DNA of 64,000 nt. Origin: Macrostomum lignano (taxonomy: Eukaryota). Shown here piece after piece: positions 13,140-25,965 of the stretch (positions are counted from its first letter, which is position 1; every line of letters starts with the position of its first letter). The notes beneath the pieces were generated by a model. That model saw only the letters and a program-made list of their open reading frames with translations. It did no database searches and was not told the DNA's origin. Made by a program: the position numbers and the translations under genes. The DNA is taken from contig NIVC01000903.1 in NCBI GenBank assembly GCA_002269645.1, forward strand, positions 458,459-522,458. Reading direction: 5' to 3'.

Positions 13140-14580
13140 ATCTACGCCCCCCGTTGGGGAGCCGAAGAAATGCAATACACGTTTTTTTAATAAGCTACAT
13201 GTAGTCTTGAAATCTTAAGAAATCTCCTGTCAAACTTTTAACACTAACCCTAACCCTAACCAAAACCATGGGTTGTTGCATGATGCTTCTATAATTTTTA
13301 CATGACGCTTGCATTATTTTTGCATCATGCTTCCATGATAAAAATTTTTAATAAGCTACATGAGCTAAAGTTATAAACTACTCTAACCCTAACCCTAACA
13401 CGAATCTTAACGCAATAACCCTGAACCTAACCCTAAACCTAAACCATAATACCAACCGAACACTAACCCTACAGCCTGACATCTGCATAAGTTTGTAAAG
13501 CGCTAGTAGTATTTTTTAGCTTAGTATCTTAGCGTCGGGGAGCCAAAAATTCAGTACAAGTTTTGTAATAAAGTACATGTAGAATCTTTTTGCAATATAT
13601 ATCAGAAGTCCCTTGTAAGCCTTGACATGTCAGTAATTCCCCCCCCCACAAGCTTTAACATATCAACTTCCCCCTTGAAATTTCAGCAATGCCCCCAATA
13701 AGCCTAGAAATCTAAAAAAATCTGTCAAACTTCTAACCCTAACCTTACCCTAACCCTAACCCTAACCCTAACCCTAAAGCATTGACATTTCAGTAATTCT
13801 CTCCAACAGTCATTATAGCACTACAGCATTATAGCGATTCCCTGCAAGCCTCGACATCGTAGGGATTCCCAAATGAATCTCTTATTTTCGACATGAAGCT
13901 TCTTATTTTTTACATTACACTTTTTTATCAGCGATCCCTCCCGTGAGGAGCCAACAAATAATGAAAAATAACTTTTTAATAGACTACATGTTGCTTCTGA
14001 CTTTAGCCTTGACATCTCATTTATTCCCCCATAAGCCTTGACATCTCAGCTATTCCCCCATAAGCCTTGAAATGTCAGCAATGCCCCCATAAACCTTGAT
14101 ATCTGAAAAATCCCCTGTTAACTTTGAAACCCGCTAAAATCTAACCCTCAACCCAAACCTGACCTAAACCTAACTTTAACCCAACCTATAAAAGCCTTGA
14201 AATCTCAGCAATTCTTCTCCCCTAAGCCTTGACAATTTAGTGATTCTTTCTTCAAGAATCACAGCACTATAGCGATTCCCTCCAAGCCTTGCCATCGTAG
14301 CAATTCCCAAATGAATCTTTTAACTTCGACATGAATCTTCTTTTATGTATACATAGTGCTTCTTTTCTTTTTTACATGACTCTTCTTCTATCAGCGCCTC
14401 CCCCCCCCCGTGGCGAGCCAACAAAGAATGTAATAAAAAAATTGAGTAAAGTACATGTACTTTGAAGTAGTTTCTGACTTTTGCTTTGACATCTCAGAAA
14501 CCCACCCCCTCCGTAATCTCAGTTATTCTCCGTGAGCCTTGACATCTCAGTAAGTCTCCCCAGCACAGCACAGCTTCATT
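13140..14580. repeat. Degenerate macro-repeat (~400-460 bp period) with embedded (CCCTAA)n runs and aagccttgacatctcag subrepeats
   Basis: The gggagcc/gagccaacaaa block recurs near 13155, 13535, 13945 and 14410. A perfect (CCCTAA) run lies at about 13748-13776. Blocks 13810-14000 and 14280-14480 are homologous. Confidence 0.7.
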
Positions 14581-14619
14581 TAATTTTTACATTACACTTC
14601 TTTCATGTCTGACATGACG

Positions 14620-17600
14620 CTTCTTTTGATTTTTACATGACGCTTCTTTTATTCTTCCATGACGCTTCTATGATTTTTTACATGACGCTTCTATGATTTT
14701 TTACATGACGCTTCTATGATTTTTTTACATGACGCTTCTATGATTGTTTACATGACGATTCTATGATTGTTTACGTGACGCTTCTATAATTTTTTACATG
14801 ACGCTTCTATGATTGTTTACATGACGTTTCTATGATTTTTTACATGACGCTTCTATGATTTTTTACATGACGCTTCTATGATTTTTTACATGACGCTTCT
14901 ATGATTTTTTACAATGCGCTTCTATGATTGTTTACATGACGATTCTATTATTTTTTACATGACGCTTCTATGATTGTTTACATGACGCTTCTATTATTTT
15001 TTACATGACGCTTCTATGATTTTTTACATGACGCTTCTATGATTGTTTACATGACGCTTCTATTATTTTTTACATGACGCTTCTATGATTGTTTACATGA
15101 CGCTTCTATGATTGTTTACATGACGCTTCTATGATTGTTTACATGACGATTCTATGATTGTTTACATGACGCTTCTATGATTTTTTACATGACGCTTCTA
15201 TGATTGTTTACATGACGCTTCTATGATTGTTTACATGACGCTTCTATTATTTTTTACATGACGCTTCTATGATTGTTTACATGACGCTTCTATGATTGTT
15301 TACATGACGCTTCTATGATTGTTTACATGACGATTCTATGATTGTTTACATGACGCTTCTATGATTTTTTACATGACGCTTCTATGATTGTTTACATGAC
15401 GCTTCTATGATTGTTTACATGACGCTTCTATGATTGCTTACATGACGCTTCTATGATTTTTTACATGACGCTTCTATGATTTTTTACAATGCGCTTCTAT
15501 GATTGTTTACATGACGATTCTATTATTTTTTACATGACGCTTCTATGATTGTTTACATGACGCTTCTATGATTGTTTACATGACGATTCTATGATTGTTT
15601 ACATGACGCTTCTATGATTTTTTACATGACGCTTCTATGATTTTTTACATGACGCTTCTATGATTTTTTACATGACGCTTCTATGATTGTTTACATGACG
15701 CTTCTATGATTTTTTACATGACGCTTCTATGATTGTTTACGTGACGCTTCTATGATTTTTTACATGACGATTCTATAATTGTTTACATGACGCTTCTATG
15801 ATTTTTTTACATGACGCTTCTATGATTTTTTACATGACGCTTCCATGATTGTTTACATGACGCTTCTATGATTTTTTACATGACGCTTCTATGATTTTTT
15901 ACATGACGTTTCTATGATTGTTTACATGACGATTCTATGATTGCTTACATGACGCTTCTATGATTTTTTACAATGCGCTTCTATGATTGTTTACATGACG
16001 ATTCTATGATTTTTTACATGACGCTTCTATGATTTTTTACATGACGCTTCTATGATTTTTTACATGACGCTTCTATGATTGTTTACATGACGCTTCTATG
16101 ATTGTTTACACGACGCTTCTATGATTTTTTCCATGACGCTTCTATGATTTTTTACATGACGCTTCTATGATTTTTTACATGCCGCTTCTATTATTTTTTA
16201 CATGACGCTTCTATGATTGTTTACATGACGCTTCTATGATTTTTTACATGACGCTTCTATGATTGTTTACATGACGCTTCTATGATTGTTTACATGACGC
16301 TTCTATGATTTTTTACATGACGCTTCTATGATTTTTTACATGACGCTTCTATGATTGTTTACATGGCGCTTCTATGATTTTTTACATGACGCTTCTATGA
16401 ATTTTTACATGACGCTTCTATGATTTTTTACATGACGCTTCTATGATTTTTTTACCTGACGTTTCTTTGATTTTTTACATGACACTTCTATCATTTTTTT
16501 CATGACGCTTCTATGATTTTTTTACATGACGCTTCTATGATTTTTTACATGACGCTTCTATGATTTTTTACATGACGCTTCTATGATTGTTTACATGACG
16601 CTTCTATGATTTTTTACAATGCGCTTCTATGATTGTTTACATGACGATTCTATGATTGTTTACATGACGCTTCTATGATTTTTTTACATGACGCTTCTAT
16701 GATTGTTTACATGACGCTTCTATGATTTTTTACATGACGCTTCTATGATTTTTTACATGACGCTTCTATGATTGTTTACATGACGCTTCTATGATTGTTT
16801 ACACGACGCTTCTATGATTTTTTCCATGACGCTTCTATGATTTTTTACATGACGCTTCTATGATTTTTTACATGACGCTTCTATTATTTTTTACATGACG
16901 CTTCTATGATTGTTTACATGACGCTTCTATGATTGTTTACATGACGCTTCTATGATTGTTTACATGACGCTTCTATGATTGTTTACATGACGCTTCTATG
17001 ATTTTTTACATGACGCTTCTATGATTGTTTACATGACGATTCTATGATTGCTTACATGACGCTTCTATGATTTTTTACATGACGCTTCTATGATTGTTTA
17101 CATGACGATTCTATGATTGTTTACATGACGCTTCAATGATTTTTTACATGACGCTTCTATGATTTTTTACATGACGCTTCTATGATTTTTTACATGACGC
17201 TTCTATGATTGTTTACACGACGCTTCTATGATTTTTTCCATGACGCTTCTATGATTTTTTACATGACGCTTCTATGATTTTTTACATGCCGCTTCTATTA
17301 TTTTTTACATGACGCTTCTATGATTGTTTACATGACGCTTCTATGATTTTTTACATGACGCTTCTATGATTGTTTACATGACGCTTCTATGATTGTTTAC
17401 ATGACGCTTCTATGATTTTTTACATGACGCTTCTATGATTTTTACATGACGATTCTATGATTGTTTACATGACGCTTCTATGATTGTTTACATGACGCTT
17501 CTATGATTGTTTACATGACGCTTCTATGATTTTTTACATGACGCTTCTATGATTGTTTACATGACGCTTCTATGATTGTTTACATGACGCTTCTATGATT

Positions 17601-17985
17601 GTTTACATGACGATTCTATGATTGTTTACATGACGCTTCTATGATTTTTTTTACATGACGCTTCTATGATTTTTTACATGTCGCTTCTATGATTTTTTAC
17701 ATGACGTTTCTGTGATTTTTGACATGACGCTTCTATGATTGTTTACATGACGCTTCTATGATTTTTTTACATGACGCTTCTATGATTGTTTACATGACGC
17801 TTCTATGATTGTTTACATGACGATTTTATGATTTTTTTCCATGACGCTTCTATGATTTTTTCCATGACGCTTCTATGATTGTTTACATGACGCTTCTATG
17901 ATTTTTTTACATGACGCTTCTATGATTTTTTACATGACGCTTCTATGATTGTTTACATGACGCTTCTATGCTTTTTTACATGACG
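14620..17985. repeat. 3.4-kb satellite, ~23-bp unit ttttttacatgacgcttctatga
   Basis: Continuous tandem array with tttttt/ttgttt variants. Confidence 0.98.
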
Positions 17986-18044
17986 CCTTTTGTCCTTTAT
18001 TTGTCCTTTAATAAAAGCTTTTAATAAAAAAACTTTTCACTACT

Positions 18045-18100
18045 AAGATTCGAACCCAGGTCGCTGCATTCGCAGTCCAGTCTGTTCACATCTAGGCTAG
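18045..18100 (-). mobile_element. tRNA-derived SINE head or pseudo-tRNA fragment
   Basis: Minus strand tagcctagatgtgaacagactggactgcgaatgcagcgacctgggttcgaatcttag has a B-box (GGTTCGAATC) and a degenerate A-box; no clean cloverleaf. Confidence 0.5.
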
Positions 18101-18515
18101 CTATTATCGAATTTATAAATGAAATTGTAGCACTTAAGTATCAGTCTCAATTAAAGTTGACAATATGGTTACGCAATCCACACTGCATTTTCAATACTGT
18201 GACGCAATTCAAGTTGGAGTTACAATTCAGTTATGATGCAATCTATTTCAGAATCAGAATCAACCAGTCAGTTTTTTCTCTAGCATTCTTACAATGCATT
18301 TCAAGTCGAAAAGTTTGCTTGACCTTTGCAAAAAAGCATGTTTTTCGAATATTTAATGCCTTTAGCATCAAGCAATTTCTTAGCCACGATGCATGTACTG
18401 TCACGGGAAAATTTCTGATCGAACAGTGCAAGTCTCATGAAAATCGGTTAAGCCATTTTTTCTCTAATCGATTACAAGCAAGCAAGCAAGCAAGATTTTC
18501 ATTTTTAGTATATAG

Positions 18516-18705
18516 GATTCCACGTGGGTTTAGAGTGCGATTCCACGTGGGTTTAGAGTGCGATTCCACGTGGGTTTAGAGTGCGATTCCACGTGGGTTT
18601 AGAGGGCGATTCCACGTGGGTTTAGAGGGCGATTCCACGTGGGTTTAGAGTGCGATTCCACCTGGGTTTAGAGTGCGATTCCACCTGGGTTTAGAGAGCG
18701 ATTCT
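18516..18705. repeat. 23-bp tandem repeat gcgattccacgtgggtttagagt, array 2
   Basis: About 8 units, same family and orientation as 12923-13132. Confidence 0.9.
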
Positions 18706-18853
18706 ACAAGGGCTTATTACTCGTAAAGGGCGATTTTATGTACAAGAATTTAGAATGCGATTGGACAGAGTATAAAATCATGTCACCCAATACTACACAA
18801 TGATATTGTATAAAGGACTTTAAAAATCATAAGCCATATATTATCCAGCCAAA

Positions 18854-20741
18854 TCAGTCAGACTTTGTAGACACAGTGGAAGCGGCGGCCGGGGATGCGC
18901 CAGGACTATAGAGGAACACCCTGGCCCATTGCTGCTGCTGTACGTCTGGCCAAACTTTCCGCGCAAAATGATTGACAACGCAGAGCGCAGTGGCGCAAGC
19001 GAAAACCAGGTCGTAAATGAGAATCAATGGCAGATTATCTAGCCAATAGTCTGACGCGGAGTCGAACGTGCCAAGCAGCGAGAAAGTGGTAATACCCAAC
19101 AGGCGAGCCTGCAGCGGCAGAGCCGAAGCGCTCAGCAATAGGCAGAACGCATTGAGCAGCATGTGCATCAGAGGCGTGTCGCGAGGTCGCAGAGCGCGCC
19201 GCTTCATCGGGCCCAAAGAGTAGAGGCCCGTGAGGCTGCATGCGAGGCTGTGCAGCACCAGTGCGGTCTGCAGCAGGGCGCCCAGGCCGCCTAGAGAGGA
19301 CAGGGAGCGAACGCCGAAGCTGAAGGCTGCTCCGTGCAGATGATGCTGGTTTTGATGAAGCGAATCGGCCTGCTGATGCTGAGTTAAGCCGGCGGCCAGT
19401 CGGAGCAGATGATGAGCAATAAAAAGAAATTCTAACAAAGTTAGAAGTAGACTGCAGCACAACAGAGCCAGGTGGCCAAGCAGTCTGGCAGGTGAGAACA
19501 CGGCCATCTGCTGGGCTGCTGAAGCATTCACCTGCTGCTGCTGCTGAGGTCCGATTCGCAGGCAAAACTCGGAGGGCGCTGTAGCCCGGTGCAGCTGTTC
19601 CAGTTGGCTGCGCAGCCGATCGTTCGGACGGTTGGCCAGGCGGGCCTTCAACTGGGCGCTGGCGCCGCGGAATGCGAATAGCAGCAGGTAGACGTGGCCC
19701 ATCGGGGTGCACAGCAGCAGCAGCAGCACTGAGCAGAATGACACCAGCGAGAATAGGGCTGGCAAATATACCTGCGGGTGTGGGATGGGGAGGCTCGTTG
19801 CTGTAGATACTTGGGATGAGCAAGACTGGAGAGCGCTGTTGGTGACGTTATTGGGAGAATTGTTGGTGACGCAACTAGGAGCACTGTTGGTGACGCAACT
19901 AGGAGCACTGTTGGTGACGCAACTAGGAGCACTGTTGGTGACGCAACTAGGAGCACTGTTGGTGACGCTATTGGGAGCATAGTTGGTGACGCTATTGGGA
20001 GCATTGTTGGTGACGCTATTGGGAGCACTGTTGGTGACGCTATTGGGAGCGCTGTTGGTGACGCTATTGGGAGCATTGTTGGTGACGCCATTGGGAGCGC
20101 TGTTGGTGACGCTATTGGGAGCACTGTTGGTGACGCTACTGATTAGGAACATATCGATAACTTACCCGCCACAGGTCCAGAAAGGAGCCATGCCAGAAGA
20201 ATGCAAACAGGGTAGTGCCCAGACCGAACAGTACAACGCACAGCAAACAAAAAGTGCACAATGTCTCGTAGAATCTAGCCAGCAAGCCGGGCCTGGAGCC
20301 CGGATAGCCTTGGCTCTCAGAGAACAAATAAGCAAATGGCAGTAGTAAAAAGATGCACAGATTAGCGCTTAGGCTAACCCAGCGCCACAGCTGCAGCACT
20401 AGGGTGCCAGTCAGCCATTGCATGTAAAACGAGTCCGGATAGGCCAATTTCACTTCGTTGCTAATCACCGATAGCGGCAATAGTAGCACTGTTGCTATGG
20501 CAACAGCTAGGCTCAGAGTGCAGACTAACAAAGTAACGGTGTCAACAATGCGCTCCTCGTTGTCCAATCGCAGCAGTTCTGGATCGGCTCGCCGGCAATG
20601 CGACAGAGCCTGATAGGCCAGCAGGAAGAGGACCACAAACAGCAGGCTGCTGATGAGCAGGTCGCGAACGGCTGCGTCGAATAGCTGCGCCTCGGCGCTT
20701 GGCGGCGACTCTTCACGCGGCTCTTCCCATGGGCCTTGCAT
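18854..20741 (-). CDS. LMBR1: LMBR1/LMBR1L-family multipass membrane protein; exons 20741-20166 and 19771-18854 (497 aa)
   Basis: VLLLPLSVISNEVKLAYPDSFYMQWL, LLPFAYLFSESQG, YLPALFSLVSFCSVLLLLLCTPMG, DTPLMHMLLNAFCLLLSASALPLQARLLGITTFSLLG. Donor CGG|gtaagt and acceptor cgcag|GTA, both phase 0. Confidence 0.93.
19836..20140. repeat. 24-bp minisatellite filling the LMBR1 intron
   Basis: Units ttggtgacgctattgggagcactg; these explain the spurious VTNSAPNS N-terminus of ORF 18854..20152. Confidence 0.92.
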
Positions 20742-21399
20742 GAGCCAGCGGCCTGCAAGTTAGCGAATTGTGGCAGCGTTATGGGTGGGGGGCGATTTTT
20801 GGATGGTAAAGAAAAATATTGCCACTACGCTGTGAAGCCTTAAAAACAAAAATCACGAAAATACGCAGGTTGCTGATACCATGAAAAGTACGCATACTAG
20901 TTTTGTTTTTTGAGTTTTAATATACTAGCCAAACTGGTAAGAATTGAATAGGCTAACAATTATAACTGTCCCAAAAAATGACGGACGAATGCAATGCGCC
21001 ATGTCTGTCTGCCAATTGAAATTACATTATGACTAATACGCTCGTAAATACACTTACACACTACTAAATAGTAAGGAACATAATATCATAGCAGATTCTT
21101 CTAAGATGTCGCTTATAAAAGCCGTGACCTGTTTTTGTATCACGGATTTTAATTAGTACGCAAAACGTTTCGGAGCCAAATAAAAATGATAACTAATTAT
21201 CTATCTAAAATGTGACATGATTTGACAAAGTTTTAAGCTGTAGAATTAAGACCAAACTAGCTAACCGTTCTGCATTTAAACCGTATATTAAAAATGAGGA
21301 ACTGCAATCCGAACTGGAATAGTGGAATTTGCTTTTAAAGGCTTGATAATCAGACTGGAGGAAGAATTTGGAGATCTCAGTGACAAAGGTTATTGTCTA

Positions 21400-21636
21400 C
21401 CTACCTTACCTACCTTTCTATCTGTCTACCTATCTACCTATCTATCTATCTACCTACCTACCTACCTACCTACCTAACTACCTACCTACCTACCTATCTA
21501 TCTATCTACCTACCTACCTACCTACCTACCTAACTACCTACCTACCTACCTATCTGTCTATCTATCTACCTATCTATCTATCATATATCTACCTACCTAT
21601 CTATCTATCTATCTATCTACCTATCTATCTATCATA

Positions 21637-21690
<54 letters not shown>

Positions 21691-21914
21691 CCTACCTATC
21701 TATCTATCTATCTACCTATCTATCTATCTACCTACCTACCTACCTACCTACCTAACTACCTACCTACCTACCTATCTATCTATCTACCTACCTACCTACC
21801 TACCTACCTAACTACCTACCTACCTACCTATCTGTCTATCTATCTACCTATCTATCTATCATATATCTACCTACCTATCTATCTATCTATCTATCTACCT
21901 ATCTATCTATCATA

Positions 21915-21946
<32 letters not shown>

Positions 21947-21971
21947 ATATATCTATTTACCTATTTATCTG

Positions 21972-22019
<48 letters not shown>

Positions 22020-22031
22020 CCTATTTATCTG

Positions 22032-22091
<60 letters not shown>

Positions 22092-22130
22092 CCTATCTAT
22101 CTATCATCTATCTATTTACCTATTTATCTG

Positions 22131-22192
<62 letters not shown>

Positions 22193-22222
22193 CATCTATC
22201 TATCTATCTATGTATCTATTTA
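21400..22222. repeat. (CTAC)n/(CTAT)n compound microsatellite
   Basis: Direct inspection; the YLPT/YLSI ORF is an artefact. Confidence 0.97.
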
Positions 22223-22794
22223 TACTTTTCGCTTTTCAAATGATCGACGGAGCTTATTTGTTTCATACTATCCATATCAAAAAAACGAAGAATAATTTCT
22301 AAGTACTTCATAAATGAAGAACTCTAATGGATTATCTGCGAATTGTTTTGGTGAAATTCCTCAGAATTTCCACCCCCTGTTATCAATATATCCACTATTA
22401 GTAGATTTACGTCAGAGAACTGATTGTTCTATAATTTTTCTGAGTCAGTTCCAAGGACCTCTTAATAATAAATCAGGACTGGTTACGAGTCAAATTGGTG
22501 CATGCTACACTGCAAATGAGCCGGAGACCGGTAAGAAACGCGCAATTGTCGCATCGCCAGTGCATTTAGTATCGCGGTGAATGGAGTTTGGCCATAGACA
22601 AATTCAGTCGAGATTTCAGTCTGGTCCTGAATTTACGCTCCTTGGTCAGTCCCTATCCTATTAAGAAGCAATTTTCAGTGATCATTCGCTCCCTATTGAG
22701 CCGGCAAAAATTCCCGCGGGGAACAAACAGAGCAGGAAAAACGCAACTAGAAATGTAAATAGTTTTAATGCTTTTAATTCCAGTTGACAACTGA

Positions 22795-23766
22795 TTATTG
22801 CTTGGATTTGGTCTTGGAAGGCGACGACGATGTCGAAAAATTGCCGTTATCGCGTCGACGCCGCTTCTCGGCACTGCCGCCGCCTCCAGAGGACTTCGAT
22901 GACGATGAAGATGAAGATGAAGTATCTGAATTCGATGAAGAGGAGGAGGCTGAGCGAGACCTGGGCGCTGTTGCCGGTTCCCGTTTCCGGTCGTCGCTAC
23001 TCGCAGCCGGCTTAGCGTCGCCGTCCTCCGCCCACAGATTGTACTTTGCCAGATCGCCTTCGTCGTCGTCCTCTTCCTCGTCTGCAGCTTCCTCTTTATC
23101 TTCTTCATCTCGCCGATCGTACGCTCGGTCAGCTTTGCCTCGTCCATCATCGTAATCTCGTTGTTTCGAGCTCGACGAAGCGGTCTCGGCCGGCGCCGAA
23201 GTCAAGCCTCTGTAGCGTTTCTTTTTCCGGCCAAATTCGTCGTATTCGCCGTCCGATCCGGCGTCGTCGTCGATGGCGCGCCGGCGCCGGCGCTGCTCAT
23301 CATCGTCGCGCTCCATGTAGCCGCCGCCTAGGCCGGTGCGCTGGCCCAATTGTTGAGTGTCGCGCGACGTATTGCACACGTTGCAGATATTCCGCCTGGC
23401 CCAGTTGATGTTGCCGCAGCTGCGACAGTTCCAATCGTCCGGGCTAAACAAGCCTTTGCTTTTCTCGGCCATTTGCCGGCCAATCTCGGACGATTGGCGA
23501 GAGCCGCTCCGGCTGCCGCTGCTACTGTTGTGACGGTCATTGTGACGGTCACCGTGACGGTCGCCGTGCCGGTCGCCGTGCCGGTCGCCATACCGGTCGC
23601 CATGCCGGTTGCTATGCCGGTCGCGGTCGCCGCTGCCATCGCCGCCGCCGACGCCACGCGGCTTGCCGCACCGGTTGCAACGGTCCCGCTTAGCGTAGTT
23701 CACGTTGCCGCATTTGGCGTCCGGGCAGCGCCAGTCGTCCCGTTTTGGCACGAATTTGCCGGACAT
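22795..23766 (-). CDS. ZRANB2: Zinc finger Ran-binding domain protein 2 (two RanBP2-type fingers), single coding exon, 323 aa
   Basis: DDWRCPDAKCGNVNYAKRDRCNRCG and DDWNCRSCGNINWARRNICNVCNT, followed by RTGLGGGYMER and SDGEYDEFGRKKKRYRG, which are ZRANB2-specific motifs. Confidence 0.93.
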   Translation of the reverse strand: MSGKFVPKRDDWRCPDAKCGNVNYAKRDRCNRCGKPRGVGGGDGSGDRDRHSNRHGDRYGDRHGDRHGDRHGDRHNDRHNSSSGSRSGSRQSSEIGRQMAEKSKGLFSPDDWNCRSCGNINWARRNICNVCNTSRDTQQLGQRTGLGGGYMERDDDEQRRRRRAIDDDAGSDGEYDEFGRKKKRYRGLTSAPAETASSSSKQRDYDDGRGKADRAYDRRDEEDKEEAADEEEDDDEGDLAKYNLWAEDGDAKPAASSDDRKREPATAPRSRSASSSSSNSDTSSSSSSSSKSSGGGGSAEKRRRRDNGNFSTSSSPSKTKSKQ

Positions 23767-24718
23767 TTAATTTTAGCGATTAGCTTTAATTGCTGAATTG
23801 AAACGGAATTATGATTTATGAGTATGATCAAATACAAGGAGGGCAGTTAACAGCAGGAATATCAAGAGATTTATTCACCCGGCCAACTACCAAGGAGGGG
23901 AATTATCTCCCGCCCCAGGAAATTTTGACACTAAATTCAAGAACACGGCCCAACTCTTGTTTGCGCACCTTCTTCTCAAACAAGAACCAAGTCGCCAGCC
24001 CCCCGGCAGTTGAGACATTCAACAAGCCTGTCAGGGGGTCCAAATTTCATCAGCAAGTAGACCACATGTGCCTGCATGAGTGTGTGGGTGAAGGCAAGAG
24101 ACCAATCAAGTCAGACCTGATGCAGAAACATGTGGTGGACGTGCCGATAAAATTTGGGGATTTGTTGATTTCTTTTACCCGAAATTTGTCTGCTTTAATC
24201 CTAGCTTCCGTTGAAGTACAGGGGTGCCGCAGAAGTAACTAAACAACTTTTAACTGTAACAATTCTCAGAATGTAGTCAGTTTTATAGATTTACTGTTTC
24301 GAAATGATTCCTGTACACCCTCTATGGAACCTGATCATAATTGGAAAATTAAACAACAAGAAAAATGTATAAATTTAAATCTGATTTTATCATGCTGTTG
24401 TTTGTTTTTGGTTGCTTTGTTATATTTGTTGTTGTGAGTGTCGCACTGTGTTGTGGGACTTGTGCGATAAGGGCCTACCTATGAGCTCAAATGGATCATA
24501 AGGAATGGAATACTACTACACTAAAAATTATCGGCGGGGACTGGAAACACTGGAAAACACTACTAACTATAAGTAGTACCAACACGCGGTTGGTTTCATT
24601 GCTACAACTGAGAAATTTTTGTAACTCAATAGGGAGAGAAAAGCCTAAAACATTCTATAGTTCAAAAGTGCAGTCACGGCCTGTACATGTATAGGCCTTT
24701 TAACTTCAATTCAATGAA

Positions 24719-24961
24719 TTAATTCTTCTTCGGGATGGCCATCGAAGCGCACAGGCCAAGCGAGTACAGAAAGCCCGCACCGCTGATGGCCAGCATGGCG
24801 TTGGCGGCAAACCTGTAGCTGGGAAATTTCTGCCACACCAACAGGCCGTCCTGCCTGGTCATCACGTGCTGCAGGTACAGAATTCGGCGATAGGCCCGGT
24901 CATTGGGCACGATGCCCATCGGCTGCTTAGGCAATGGTTGCTTCAAGGAGTTAGCCACCAT
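24719..24961 (-). CDS. COX7A: Cytochrome c oxidase subunit 7A-family protein, short form (80 aa)
   Basis: Q...DG..V..K...YR..M......G..Y.L......PKK pattern with one TM helix; gccATGG start context. Confidence 0.75.
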   Translation of the reverse strand: MVANSLKQPLPKQPMGIVPNDRAYRRILYLQHVMTRQDGLLVWQKFPSYRFAANAMLAISGAGFLYSLGLCASMAIPKKN

Positions 24962-25049
24962 GGCTTAGATTTGGCATGCAATGGGGCGAGCAAATATTTA
25001 AATTTACTGCTCACTTCGATACCCCTTCTAGTGCTCTAGACCCATGCTG

Positions 25050-25530
25050 ACACAAATCTCAGATACTCTGGACCCATCCCTGACACAATTCTGATACACT
25101 GGACCCCATCCCTGACAAATCTGATGCACCGGACCCATCCCTGACACAAATCTGATACACTGGACCCATCCCTGACACAAATCTAAGATACTCTTTGGAC
25201 TCAGCCCTGAAACAAATCTAAGATACTCTCTGGACCCATCCCTGACACAAATCTAAGATACTCTCTGGACCCATCCCTGACACAAATCTAAGATACTCTC
25301 TGGACCCATCCCTGACACAAATCTAAGATACTCTCTGGACCCATCCCTGACACAAATCTAAGATACTCTCTGGACCCATCCCTGACACAAATCTAAGATA
25401 CTCTCTGGACCCATCCCTGACACAAATCTAAGATACTCTCTGGACCCATCCCTGACACAAATCTAAGATACTCTCTGGACCCAACCCTGACACAAATCTA
25501 AGATACTCTGGACCCATCCCTGACAAAATC
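25050..25530. repeat. 35-bp minisatellite between the two COX7A copies
   Basis: Units ctctctggacccatccctgacacaaatctaagata. Confidence 0.93.
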
Positions 25531-25965
25531 TGACTATTGCGCCATGGCTCTAAATAAAACTAATACATTTAAATCTGTACAAAGCATAACATTGTCACTA
25601 AGAAAATGAATACAAATAGAATGCAGCTCCGTTTGAACATGAACGCATATTCACTATCTAATTTTATTTTATAACTAAAATACTAGGGAAAAGTAAAATC
25701 AAAGCTTACATCTCTAACAGGATGACTGTATTTAGTAAGAAACTATAGAGCTAAGTTAAATAACTCGAGACAGTAGATTAATATTACAAAGTGCTGACAT
25801 TTCAAACTAAAAAGCAGTCAGTTCTGATTTATATATATTTCTCATTGTGTCACTAATTGATTTATCGGGTCAATCTAAACCCAGAGAGCGAGATGCTACT
25901 TAAACTACTGCAAGTGAGTAGTCCGTATGGCAAATTGTTGCAAACAGTCGCATAATCTAAATGAA

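Noticed and set aside
20491-20504. X-box-like GTTGCTATGGCAAC in LMBR1 exon 1
   Set aside because: Fully explained by the conserved VAIAT codons of a transmembrane helix.
23811-24694. ORFs 23811..24242 and 24491..24694 (the latter with IIGGDW, reminiscent of a LINE endonuclease motif)
   Set aside because: A single short motif with no other APE or RT motifs and no coherent frame.
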